Assembly (NCBI GenBank): GCA_963710495.1
Contig: CAVQAI010000012.1
Span: 551,398-615,397 of the forward strand
Reading direction: 5' to 3'
DNA from: an uncultured Acidimicrobiales bacterium
Lineage (GTDB): Bacteria; Actinomycetota; Acidimicrobiia; Acidimicrobiales; RAAP-2
DNA: 64,000 nt
The notes under the pieces are model-generated. The model worked only from the letters and a program-made list of their open reading frames with translations, had not been told where the DNA came from and made no database searches. Numbering within the stretch: the first letter of the stretch is position 1; each line of letters begins with the position of its first letter. Positions 45,278 through 53,928 of this stretch are shown one piece after another. Made by a program: the position numbers and the translations under genes.

Positions 45278-45955
45278 ATGGGTCCAGATGAGATCGCGAA
45301 TCGCCTGGCAGCCCGTGTTCGGCAGCAACTGCAAGCAGACGGCCAGGGACTTCGAGTCGCAATCGACGGCCGGGATGCCGCCGGAAAATCAACGCTCGCC
45401 GATCGTCTGGCGTCAGCTCTCGCAGAAGGCCACGATGTCATTCGTACGGGAATCGACGGGTGGCACAACCCCGAGGAAGTCCGCTACAGGCGAGGTCGGC
45501 TCAGTCCCGAGGGTTACTACCTGGACTCTTTTGATCTCGATGATCTCCGAAGGGAGCTCCTCGACCCGTTGGGCCCTAGGGGCGACCGTGAATATCGACT
45601 TGCTCGGTTCAACTACCGGACGGGCAGTGGAGTGGACGAAGGGACCAAGCACGCAACCGAGCCGTTCGTGCTGGTCTTCGACGGTGTATTCCTCCTCCGT
45701 CCCGAACTCGTCGATTGTTGGGAGCTATCGGTCTATGTGGAGGTGCCGCCGGAGGTTTCAGCTCAGCGAGGGATCGAAAGGGATTCAACGCTGATGGGCG
45801 GACGCCGAGAGGCATCGAATCGCTACCTCCGCCGTTACCTCCCGGGACAGGCGTTGTACCACGCGGAGATGTCACCCGGCTCAATCGCCGACGTAGTCGT
45901 GGACAACTTGGACTTCGAGATTCCCTCGATCACCAAGTTCCCTGATCTGACCTAG
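45278..45955 (+). CDS. uridine kinase-like P-loop kinase
   Basis: ORF 45239..45955 with ATG 45278 (MGPDEIANRL). Walker A AIDGRDAAGKSTLADRL and VLVFDGVFLLRPEL. Confidence 0.65.
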   Translation: MGPDEIANRLAARVRQQLQADGQGLRVAIDGRDAAGKSTLADRLASALAEGHDVIRTGIDGWHNPEEVRYRRGRLSPEGYYLDSFDLDDLRRELLDPLGPRGDREYRLARFNYRTGSGVDEGTKHATEPFVLVFDGVFLLRPELVDCWELSVYVEVPPEVSAQRGIERDSTLMGGRREASNRYLRRYLPGQALYHAEMSPGSIADVVVDNLDFEIPSITKFPDLT

Positions 45956-45970
45956 CCCGCAAGTGCCAGT

Positions 45971-45986
45971 CCCCGGGTACCCGGGG
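45971..45986. terminator. perfect 16-bp GC palindrome (hairpin) just after the kinase stop
   Basis: ccccgggtacccgggg, 16 nt after the TAG at 45953-45955. It folds as a 6-bp GC stem with a GUAC loop. Confidence 0.4.
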
Positions 45987-46192
45987 TGTCCCACCTAGCC
46001 GCCGGGTCAGGGGGCACCCCCCTTGGCCCGGTCCACTGGGCCACGTCAGAATGATTGAGTGGACCGACCAGTCGTCGACAGAGGTTGACCGCCGAGTTCA
46101 GGCCCTGGTGGCTGAGCTGGCTTGCAGAGATGAACCCATCGCCGACGCGTACTATCAAGTGCCTCGGCCCAGGGTAGAAGGGAGTCATTCTG

Positions 46193-46950
46193 ATGGCTGA
46201 CTCGCCCTTCGACCCAATACCCCCGGACCAGCAACTCTCTCCTGAGGCGCTCCATCAGCGAACTTGAGGAAGGTTCAAGGGCGTCTTCGGACACGAGACC
46301 ATCGAACGGGTGCTACTGGACTGCTATGAGAGCCTGCTTCCCAGCCCAGAACCTAGCAGGCCCCGACCGGTCAGGCCGTGGCCTCCCCCTGACCGCCAAT
46401 CCTGCCACAGGCACCGCCCTCCTCAATCAGGAACTGACCATGCTGGAAGTGGACGCCCGGGCGCGGCTCGCCCGGCAGAACAAGGCCCAGTCCATCGTTG
46501 GTGTCCGGGTGGTGCTGCCTCTCTCCGCGTGCAGAGCCGCTGGCAGCGTCGCCGGTGGCCCGGGCTGGAGGGGCTCCTCACTCCATGCTCCGTCGGGCTC
46601 CCGTTGTCCACGAACTTCGTCACGGTGGCTCGGAGCCGCTTCAGGCCCCGGCTGCCACCGGCCGTTATGGGTCGAGGAGGAATCTTCAACTTCTTCACCC
46701 ACGGCGACGGCAGCCACGAACTCATCGACTTCCGAGTCCTGGCCTCGGGTCTGACCAAGGTGCATCTCGTCCAGTTTTCTCCGGTGATCACCACCCAACC
46801 GGTCAGCCAGGGCGGCCACAAGGTTCGTCCGTCACCTTCACCGCGACTGGCGGTCGCAACCGATCCCGACCGGCAGTGGCATTCTCAACCGACGGTGGAT
46901 CGAACTGGAGTATCGTCCACGAACTCCGGGTAACGTCCGAGCTTCAATAG
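46193..46950 (+). pseudogene. decayed arsenate reductase / low-molecular-weight phosphatase-family gene
   Basis: MADSPFDPIPPDQQLSPEALHQRT, then an in-frame TGA (46265-46267), then GRFKGVFGHETIERVLLDCYESL. This resembles the N-terminal helical domain of actinobacterial ArsC/LMW-PTP-family proteins. Downstream similarity (ARARLARQ.., VVLPLSACRAAGS, GGSEP) is scattered over all three frames. Confidence 0.35.
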
Positions 46951-47220
46951 GTCGTGTACTCCATAACAACGGCTGGGAGGTCCGATGCCGAGTTCACTGA
47001 CACGCTGGGCATGGCGAAAGCCACTAGCACGATGACGTTGGCTGAGGATGGTTGGAGCACTGGAGTAGGCGCGGGTATCCCACAGGTGCCGGTCAGTGGC
47101 AGTTAGCGATCGGCAAGCACTCGTCCCTCGATAACGCACCCCAATCCCGGCGATCTGGGATATTTAGCCCAGAACCCCCCGGGACCGACACATTGTGGAT
47201 GGGGGCGAGGAGCTAGGCGC

Positions 47221-47541
47221 TCAGCCGCCGGGTGCGCGATAGTCGCCCCCGACTTTCACCGCAGCGTCGACTTCTTCCGGGGTCAATAGGACAGTGGTCT
47301 TGACGTCTATCTTGCCGCTGGCAGCGACAAGCAGAGCGACACCGGCCGCTGTCACATTGTCCGGCAGGTCCATGATCGTAACGACGTCCGTATCGCCGAA
47401 CGCGTAGTAGAACGCTTCAAGCTTTCCGCCGACGCTGGAACACGCCTTTTCGACCACGGCCCGACGGGCCGAGCCACCCTCCTTGCGGAGTCCCTGGACC
47501 CCATCGCCGATATAGGACGCTTGGACGAGGTACTTCGGCAT
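47221..47541 (-). CDS. GYD domain-containing protein
   Basis: ORF 47221..47727 trimmed to the ATG at 47541 (RBS GGGAG plus 9 nt). MPKYLVQASYIGDGVQGLRKEGGSARR...AFYYAFGDTDVVTIMDLPDN. 106 aa. Confidence 0.8.
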   Translation of the reverse strand: MPKYLVQASYIGDGVQGLRKEGGSARRAVVEKACSSVGGKLEAFYYAFGDTDVVTIMDLPDNVTAAGVALLVAASGKIDVKTTVLLTPEEVDAAVKVGGDYRAPGG

Positions 47542-47767
47542 GAGTCGTTCTCCCTTGGTCGCAGACGCCGTGAGTCTGGCACCCCTTTGTGGGTGCGGCA
47601 ACGGCCGTGCCGGGTCAGTGCGCTTGGCTGGCTGGCCTAGATAACCCTGGTGGCAATCCGCACGCCCGAATGTGCCGATCATGGGCAGGCAACTGTCGCG
47701 AGCGCGAGCGTGCCCAGGCGGCAACACCCCGCTGAGATCCGAAAAAGAGCCGCAAAAAACACCTGTA

Positions 47768-47843
47768 TGGAGCCTGGGAGGAGAATCGAACTCCTGACCT
47801 ACGCATTACGAGTGCGTTGCTCTACCGACTGAGCTACCCAGGC
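47768..47843 (-). tRNA. tRNA-Thr (anticodon CGU), CCA encoded
   Basis: Hand-folded: acceptor GCCTGGG/CCCAGGC, D arm GCTC/GAGC, anticodon stem ACGCA/TGCGT with loop CTCGTAA, T arm AGGAG-TTCGATT-CTCCT, discriminator T, then CCA. Confidence 0.93.
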
Positions 47844-48108
47844 CTGAGGAACTACGGATTTCTGGGGGAATGCTTACCTCAATCGATTCCCTGACCTCCA
47901 TGAGGCTAGGACATGAGGTGCACGGCGATCACGGTGCTGAGGGTATCCGCCGGACCGGACCCTACTGGTCGGTGGACCCCCTCCTGATAGCGCAGCGCAG
48001 AGTGTGCTCAGTGCCCGTTCCCGAACGGGATGGGCCCAGAGCCGGCACCGGCGATCCCACCGGCTGGGAGATGCGTGGTCCCCCCTAGTCCCGGGCATCG
48101 ATCGGGTT

Positions 48109-48597
48109 TCATCTTCCGCCGCTGATTCCGAGTTCGGCTCGAAGAGCTGCGGCTTGGTCCCGCAGTTCCTCCTCCGTGAACACCGGGGATCCGACGACGT
48201 GATCCCACGGGATCGGTCCGGCGGGGGCGGGGTCGTCCACAAACCGCGGCACGACGTGGGTATGCAGATGGGGCACGGTGTTGCCCAAGGTGAAGTAGTT
48301 GATCTTCATCGGATCGAACACCGCGGCAACGGCCCGGCCCGCAGCCAGCACCTCCTGCCAGAAGGCGCCCGCTTCCTCGGGGCCGAGCTCGGTCGGCTCC
48401 GCCACATGGCCATCGCTCCAGACCACGAGGCAGTAGCCGCGGATCCGACTGGATCGGTCCACGTACACCTGGGTCCGGGCGCCGTCGCCAACATGGATCC
48501 AATGGTCGGAGTCCCCCTGTCCGAGGGCATCGCAGATCACGCAGGACCGGCCTGCGAAGCGGGCGTCCCAGTCTTCCGGCCAGGCCGACGATGCCAC
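48109..48597 (-). CDS. HIT (histidine triad) family protein
   Basis: CVICD near the N-terminus and the histidine triad VPHLHTHVVPRF. GTG start. Confidence 0.85.
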   Translation of the reverse strand: MASSAWPEDWDARFAGRSCVICDALGQGDSDHWIHVGDGARTQVYVDRSSRIRGYCLVVWSDGHVAEPTELGPEEAGAFWQEVLAAGRAVAAVFDPMKINYFTLGNTVPHLHTHVVPRFVDDPAPAGPIPWDHVVGSPVFTEEELRDQAAALRAELGISGGR

Positions 48598-48792
48598 GAC
48601 AATGATTCAACTATCGATCCTCCCTCGACCGCAATCATCTGCGGCGGGAAGCCGGCACGCCGCGGAACGCGGTCAGCCGCCAGCAAAAGGCAGAACGCAG
48701 AACGCCGCCAGCCGGACCGGCTGTACGGATCAGGACCGGATCCCGGCAGAATGTGACGGTTGGGTCCGTCTCCGTCGACCGGGAGTTGCGCT

Positions 48793-49209
48793 ATGTCCGA
48801 GATGAACAGCTTCAACCAACAGATCATCGACGAGTTCCACCAGAACCAGGGGGTCGTCGGTGGACCGTTCGAAGGGGCCCCCGTGGTCCTGCTGACCACG
48901 AAGGGCGCCAAGACCGGGAAGTCGAGGACCAATCCACTGGTGGGACAGACGGGCGACGACGGGACGCTGTATGTCTTCGCCTCGAAGGGGGGTGCCCCGA
49001 CCAATCCCGACTGGTACCACAACCTCGTGGCCCATCCGGAAGTAGGGGTCGAGTTCGGCACCGAGCGTTTCGAGGCAACGGCCGAGCCGGTAACCGGCGA
49101 GCTCCGTGACGAGATCTTCGCCCGCCAGGAGAAGGCGTTTCCGGGCTTCGGCGAGTACCAGCGGAACACGGACCGGGTCATCCCGGTCGTCGCTTTGCGC
49201 CGCCGCTAG
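48793..49209 (+). CDS. deazaflavin (F420)-dependent nitroreductase family protein (DUF385)
   Basis: ORF 48760..49209 trimmed to the ATG at 48793 (RBS GGGAG). LLTTKGAKTGKSRTNPL, ASKGGAPTNPDWYHNL, RVIPVVAL. Confidence 0.85.
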   Translation: MSEMNSFNQQIIDEFHQNQGVVGGPFEGAPVVLLTTKGAKTGKSRTNPLVGQTGDDGTLYVFASKGGAPTNPDWYHNLVAHPEVGVEFGTERFEATAEPVTGELRDEIFARQEKAFPGFGEYQRNTDRVIPVVALRRR

Positions 49210-49492
49210 TCGTTCCCCGCTCCGATCAGCCGCCCATCGCCCTGGTCAGGTTCCGCTAGAGGAGGCAGAGGTCGGTGGCGATCAGGAGAAGTCCGAGCAG
49301 CACCAGCCACCGTTGCCTCTTCGAGCGCGTCATGGGACAGGACCGTAGACCTGACCGTCGGTGCTCGGGTCCTCGGTCGGCCGGGTCCGAAGGGTCTTCG
49401 GCGCCCACCGTCGAGCCAACGCCTCCAGCGGACGGTGTGATCGATTCCCGTTAGGCTCCACCCGGCCTCTGTGGCCAGGAAAGGGGTGTGGC

Positions 49493-50722
49493 ATGCAAGC
49501 TCCGGCGTGGGCGCCGGCTTCGATCGGCTCCGCCTACGGGTGCCGTCCCACCGATGACGAGGCGTTGATTTCGGGTCGGGACTGGGAGGGGCTCCTCGAG
49601 TCGTTGGCCAGGGCCGGGTCGGTGCTCCTCTCCTCGCGGGCGCCGGCCGAGGCGGTCGACCGCGCCGAGGGTTACCGCCACCTCCTCGTCATGCTGGCCC
49701 TCGGGATCGACGAGGCGCTGCGCGACTCGGACCCCTACCGGCCCCGTTTCACCCCCGGCAACGTGGACAACGTCCTGAAATGGGGCATGGACTGTCCCGA
49801 CGCCGCCTATTCGGGCTCGCCCATACGGGGGGATGCCACCTACATCGTGCGGGGGCGCCGCAACTCGGTGCGGTACTTGGGGTTCCAGGCAATGGGAGGC
49901 ATGGAGAACACGGGCAACGTGGTGGCCGACGACCTCGAGATGGACGACGAGGGCCGGTTCGAGCTGGTGCTCTCCTCCGAGGAGCACGCCGGCAATTGGA
50001 TGCCGTTGGCGGAACGCAGCTCGTCGTTGGTGGTCCGTCAGTTCTTCTACGACTGGACCAACGAGGTGGCGGCCGACCTGTCCATCGAGTGCACGCACCA
50101 CCCCGCCGTCCCCGTCACGACGCCCGTCCCGCTGTCTCCCGCCGGGGTGGGCGGCCAGCTTCGGGCCCTCGGCGAGTTCATGGAGGCGAGCCTGGCGTTC
50201 TGGCTCGACGTGGAGGAGGGCGGGCGCAACCAGGGGGTGAACTGTTTCCGCCCTCCGGCCGCCCTGACCGGCATGGGAGCGGCGGCGGAGAACGTGAGCA
50301 CCTGGGGCTCATGGAGCCTCGACGACGACCAGGCTCTGCTGATCGAGGTGGCGCCGCCCCCGGCCGTCTACTGGAGCGTCTCGCTCGGGAACTACTGGTG
50401 GGAGACGATCGACTACGCCAACCGGCAGTCGAGCCTCAACGGCCACCAGGCCAGGCTCGATCCCGACGGTGCGTTCCGGGCCGTCGTCGCCCACACCGAC
50501 CCGGGAGTGGCCAACTGGCTCGACACCGCCGGCAACCACCACGGGGCGATGATCTTCCGCTGGCTGCGCGCCGATCGTGCCCCGGTGCCCGAGGCCCGGG
50601 TCGTGCCGATGGCCGAGGTCCAAGACGCCGTGCCGTCGGGTGCCCCCCGGGTCACCGCCGAGGAACGCCGGCGAGAGCTGGCTGCCCGACGGGCCGGCGT
50701 CGAGCGGCGCTTCGTCCGCTAG
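49493..50722 (+). CDS. DUF1214-like domain protein
   Basis: ORF 49361..50722 trimmed to the ATG at 49493 (RBS AGGAAAGGGG). The GNWMPL...LVVRQFFYDW pattern is what I associate with DUF1214. The assignment is tentative. Confidence 0.55.
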   Translation: MQAPAWAPASIGSAYGCRPTDDEALISGRDWEGLLESLARAGSVLLSSRAPAEAVDRAEGYRHLLVMLALGIDEALRDSDPYRPRFTPGNVDNVLKWGMDCPDAAYSGSPIRGDATYIVRGRRNSVRYLGFQAMGGMENTGNVVADDLEMDDEGRFELVLSSEEHAGNWMPLAERSSSLVVRQFFYDWTNEVAADLSIECTHHPAVPVTTPVPLSPAGVGGQLRALGEFMEASLAFWLDVEEGGRNQGVNCFRPPAALTGMGAAAENVSTWGSWSLDDDQALLIEVAPPPAVYWSVSLGNYWWETIDYANRQSSLNGHQARLDPDGAFRAVVAHTDPGVANWLDTAGNHHGAMIFRWLRADRAPVPEARVVPMAEVQDAVPSGAPRVTAEERRRELAARRAGVERRFVR

Positions 50723-50732
50723 CGGGAGCATC

Positions 50733-51536
50733 ATGGACCTCGGGATACGAGACGCCAAAGCCGTCGTCACCGGCGGCTCGAAGGGGATGGGGCGGGCCAT
50801 CGCCGAGCTCCTGGCCGCCGAGGGGGCGGACGTGGCCATCCTGGCCCGGGGCCGGGAGGCGCTCGACGACACGGTGGCCGCCTTGCAGGCCGCCGGGCGA
50901 CCCGCCTCCGTCGGGCTCTCGGTCGACGTCACCGACCGGGCGGCGGTGGACGCCGCCTTCGACGAGCTCCGGACACGCTGGGGTTCGCTCAACATCCTGG
51001 TCAACACCCTCGGGCCAGGGGCCGGCCGGTTCGAGGAACTCGAGGACGACGACTGGGACGCCACCTTCGAGATCGGGCTGATGGCCGCGGTGCGCGGCGT
51101 GCGCGCCGGCCTGCCGCTGCTGCGCCAGGCGGAGTGGGGCAGGATCGTCAACGTCTCGGCCCATTCGATCCAACGGCAGAGCCCGATGCTGGTGGCCTAC
51201 ACCGCTTCGAAGGCCGCCCTGGCCAGCGTGTCGAAGAACCTGTCCAAGTCGCTCGCTCCCGAGGGCATTTTGGTCAACACGGTCAGCCCCGGCTCGATCG
51301 TCACGGCCAGCTTCAGCGAGGGCCTACGCGCCATCTTCGAGGCGGAAGGCCTCGACGCCACCGATCCCCATGACGTGATGCAGTGGATCGATCGGCACTT
51401 CCACCAGCCGGCCGATCTGGGGCGGGCCGGATTGCCCGAGGAGGTCGCCACCCTCGTCGTCTACCTGGCCTCGAAGGCCAACGGCTACGTGACGGGGGCG
51501 AACGTGAACGTCGACGGTGGTTCGGACTTCGTTTGA
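50733..51536 (+). CDS. SDR-family oxidoreductase
   Basis: ORF 50577..51536 trimmed to the ATG at 50733. VVTGGSKGMGRAIA, NTLG, YTASKAAL, and a C-terminal NGYVTGANVNVDGG. Confidence 0.88.
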   Translation: MDLGIRDAKAVVTGGSKGMGRAIAELLAAEGADVAILARGREALDDTVAALQAAGRPASVGLSVDVTDRAAVDAAFDELRTRWGSLNILVNTLGPGAGRFEELEDDDWDATFEIGLMAAVRGVRAGLPLLRQAEWGRIVNVSAHSIQRQSPMLVAYTASKAALASVSKNLSKSLAPEGILVNTVSPGSIVTASFSEGLRAIFEAEGLDATDPHDVMQWIDRHFHQPADLGRAGLPEEVATLVVYLASKANGYVTGANVNVDGGSDFV

Positions 51537-52676
51537 TGATCGACCCGGGGGGGATGGTCGAACGAGCAAAGGACCAGACCGGGCTGGAGGACTTCGGGGG
51601 GACGGAGTGGCGGGAGGGGCTCGATCGTCTGTCCGACGCCATCAACGCCGAGGCGGACCTCAACCCGATGGGCGAGGAGATCCTCGGCTCGAGGCTCGAG
51701 ATGCTGTTGGTCAACCGCCTCCGGATCGTCGGCCAGCGGGCCGCCCATCCCGACATCGGTGACGAGGAGGTCGGGGGACCGCTGTGCATCATCGGCCTGC
51801 CCCGGACCGGCACCACCGCGCTGAGCAACCTGCTCGCCGCCGACCCGCAGATCCGTTCCATCCGGACCTGGGAGTCCGGCGCCCCGGTCCCACCCCCCGA
51901 GTCGGCCACCGAGGGGACCGATCCGCGCATTGCCGAGACCGAGCGGGGCCTCGAGACCATGCACCAGTTCTTCCCCCGGATGCGTTCCCTCCATTTCCAG
52001 ACGGCGACCGGTCCGACCGAGTGCCAGGACCTGCTCGGCATGGACTTCCGTACCGAGCACTTCAACGGGATGGCCCGGGTCCCGACGTACTCGGCCTGGG
52101 TCCGCGACTGCGACATGTCCTCCACCTACCGGTTTCACCGCCAGACCCTGCAGCTGCTCCAGTGGCACTGCCCGCCGCGCTTCTGGCAGGTGAAGACCCC
52201 GGTCCACATGCTCGCGCTCGACTACCTCCGCGACGTCTATCCCGGGTCGAAGTTCGTCTGGACCCACCGGGACCCGGCCGCGGTGCTCGGCTCGGTGTGC
52301 AGCCTCATCGCCTACACCCGGAGCTGGGCCAGTGATCGCTCCGATCCCGTCGAGCTCGGTCGTGAGCAACTGGATGATCTGGGCCGAGGCCATCCGACGG
52401 GCCATGGTGTTCCGCAGCCGGATCGGCGAATCGTGGTTCGCCGACGTGACCTTCGACTCGCTCCAATCCGATCCGGTGGTCGCCATCAACCGCGCCTATG
52501 ACCAGCTGGGTCTGGACTTCGGCCCGGCCCGGGCGCCCCTCGAGGACTGGGCCCGTGCCCATCGGCCCCGCGAGCACGGCGTGCACCAGTTCCACCTGGA
52601 GGAGTTCGGACTCGACGCCGACCAGGTCCGGGACCGGTTCGCCCCCTACCTCCAACGGTTCCCGCCCGGAACGTAG
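51536..52676 (+). pseudogene. sulfotransferase-family gene interrupted by a +1 frameshift near 52376
   Basis: The ATG overlaps the SDR stop (TGATG). The PAPS-binding-like IIGLPRTGTTALSNLL and KTPVHML...VWTHRDP lie in frame 1 (ORF 51383..52501). The conserved C-terminal part IWAEAIRRAMVFRSR...FADVTFDSL...HQFHLEEFGLD continues in the +1 frame (ORF 52332..52676). Confidence 0.7.
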
Positions 52677-52709
52677 CGAGGTCGGTGGCCCCACCCCGTG
52701 GGGTCGGCC

Positions 52710-53876
52710 TCAGACGAAGGAGGACTCCTCGTCCAGACCCAGTTCGGGCCAGGCGCCGACCACCGTGGTCTGCAGGTTGGCCCATCCCCGGCCACCGCCT
52801 ACGGGATCGTCCACGGCGACGACGGTGTCCCGGATCTGATGGATCCGACGGGCTGTCTCGACGTCGCGACAATCGGGGACGTACTCGCCTTCGACGTGGA
52901 GGGGTCCACGCCACTCGCCGTGGTGATGGCCGTCGAGACCCATGTAGAGACCGAGCCCAAGATGGACTCCGGTGTCCCCGAGGGCGCGCACCGACACGGG
53001 CCGCTCGGAACCGTCCTCCATGATCAACACGATGGTGCCGCCCAGGACCCGCCGGTTGGCCGGGTCGAAGGAGAGCTCGCTGCGCAAGGTGGCGACCCGA
53101 TGGACGGTCCCGTCCGGCTCCTCGACCGTTCCCTCCGTCCGCTGCTCCTCGTAGCCGAAGGCCCGTAGTTGGCGGTGCTGGTGGTGGAGGGCGTAGCGGG
53201 AGCCGTCCGGCCGTTCGAGGAGCATCGGGCTCCACGAGAAGCGGAAGGCGACACCGGGGATGAGCCCACCGGACGGTTCGACGTCGGTGGGGGCCAGTCC
53301 GACGTCGTGACGGACCCCCCACGAGTGGTCCCGCGTGCTGAACCACGCCTCGGGGGTGATCTCCACCCGCTCCCCATCGAGCTCGACCCATCCGGCGGCC
53401 ACCCCCACCTGGTGGTAGCGGAGCAGGTCCGACTCGAGCCGGTAGCCCCGGCGCGCCCGGCTGCGGTCCCGGTCCTCGAGGTGGGCCGGCACCACGGCCT
53501 CGAAGGTCCACTCGAAGGCGATCGGCACCTCGTCGTTGGGAGCGCAGGCGAAGACCACGGTCTGGTAGGGCTCGACCACGGTGTAGGAGATCGGGCCGAC
53601 CGACAGGGTGTCGGCGCCGTCCGACAGCCGGCGGCTGGCCCGGACGGTCCACTGCTCGTGTCCCCGGGACACACTGGCATAGCCGTCGAAGACGTTGCGG
53701 TTGGTGTACTTGCCCACCCCGAACCCGACCTGGAGGCGGCCGTCCCGGGCCGCAGCCATGGCGCAGACCTTCTCCGTCCACGAACGGTCGGCGTCGAACA
53801 CGTGGGCATGGGTCTCGGCGATCTGATGGGTGAAGCCCTCGTCGGCGTCGACGAGCGGCCCGTCCCCCGGCGTCAT
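52710..53876 (-). CDS. hypothetical protein (conserved-looking, family not recognised)
   Basis: ORF 52710..53996 trimmed to the ATG at 53876 to avoid overlap with the upstream gene. Well-behaved amino-acid composition. Contains an RDHSWGVR motif. Confidence 0.6.
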   Translation of the reverse strand: MTPGDGPLVDADEGFTHQIAETHAHVFDADRSWTEKVCAMAAARDGRLQVGFGVGKYTNRNVFDGYASVSRGHEQWTVRASRRLSDGADTLSVGPISYTVVEPYQTVVFACAPNDEVPIAFEWTFEAVVPAHLEDRDRSRARRGYRLESDLLRYHQVGVAAGWVELDGERVEITPEAWFSTRDHSWGVRHDVGLAPTDVEPSGGLIPGVAFRFSWSPMLLERPDGSRYALHHQHRQLRAFGYEEQRTEGTVEEPDGTVHRVATLRSELSFDPANRRVLGGTIVLIMEDGSERPVSVRALGDTGVHLGLGLYMGLDGHHHGEWRGPLHVEGEYVPDCRDVETARRIHQIRDTVVAVDDPVGGGRGWANLQTTVVGAWPELGLDEESSFV

Positions 53877-53928
53877 CGGCCGCCCCGGCCGTGGCCGCGG
53901 CGAGAACCGGTGATCATCGGTTCCGTCC

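Noticed and set aside
45971-45986. Resemblance of ggtaccccgggg-type sequence to a cloning-vector polylinker (KpnI/SmaI sites)
   Set aside because: Only about 11 nt coincide. The element is a perfect genomic palindrome in GC-rich context, and no flanking vector sequence is present.
46051-46200. 49-codon + strand ORF (MIEWTDQSSTEVDRRVQALVAELACRDEPIADAYYQ...) just upstream of the ArsC-like pseudogene
   Set aside because: No family was recognised and no RBS is present. It lies in a region full of decayed fragments and could be another remnant.
46960-46990. Possible att-type direct repeat of the tRNA-Thr 3' end (ggctgggaggtccgat versus gcctgggaggagaatcg). A second candidate is acctgta shared at 43216 and 47763.
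   Set aside because: Only 7-9 contiguous matching bases, which is expected by chance in 4.6 kb. No integrase gene supports a functional att site.
49256-49333. 25-codon minus-strand mini-ORF (MTRSKRQRWLVLLGLLLIATDLCLL) in the gap between the DUF385 gene and the DUF1214-like gene
   Set aside because: The shape is hydrophobic-peptide-like and GC3 is high, but there is no recognisable RBS and no supporting context. It cannot be distinguished from chance in high-G+C DNA.
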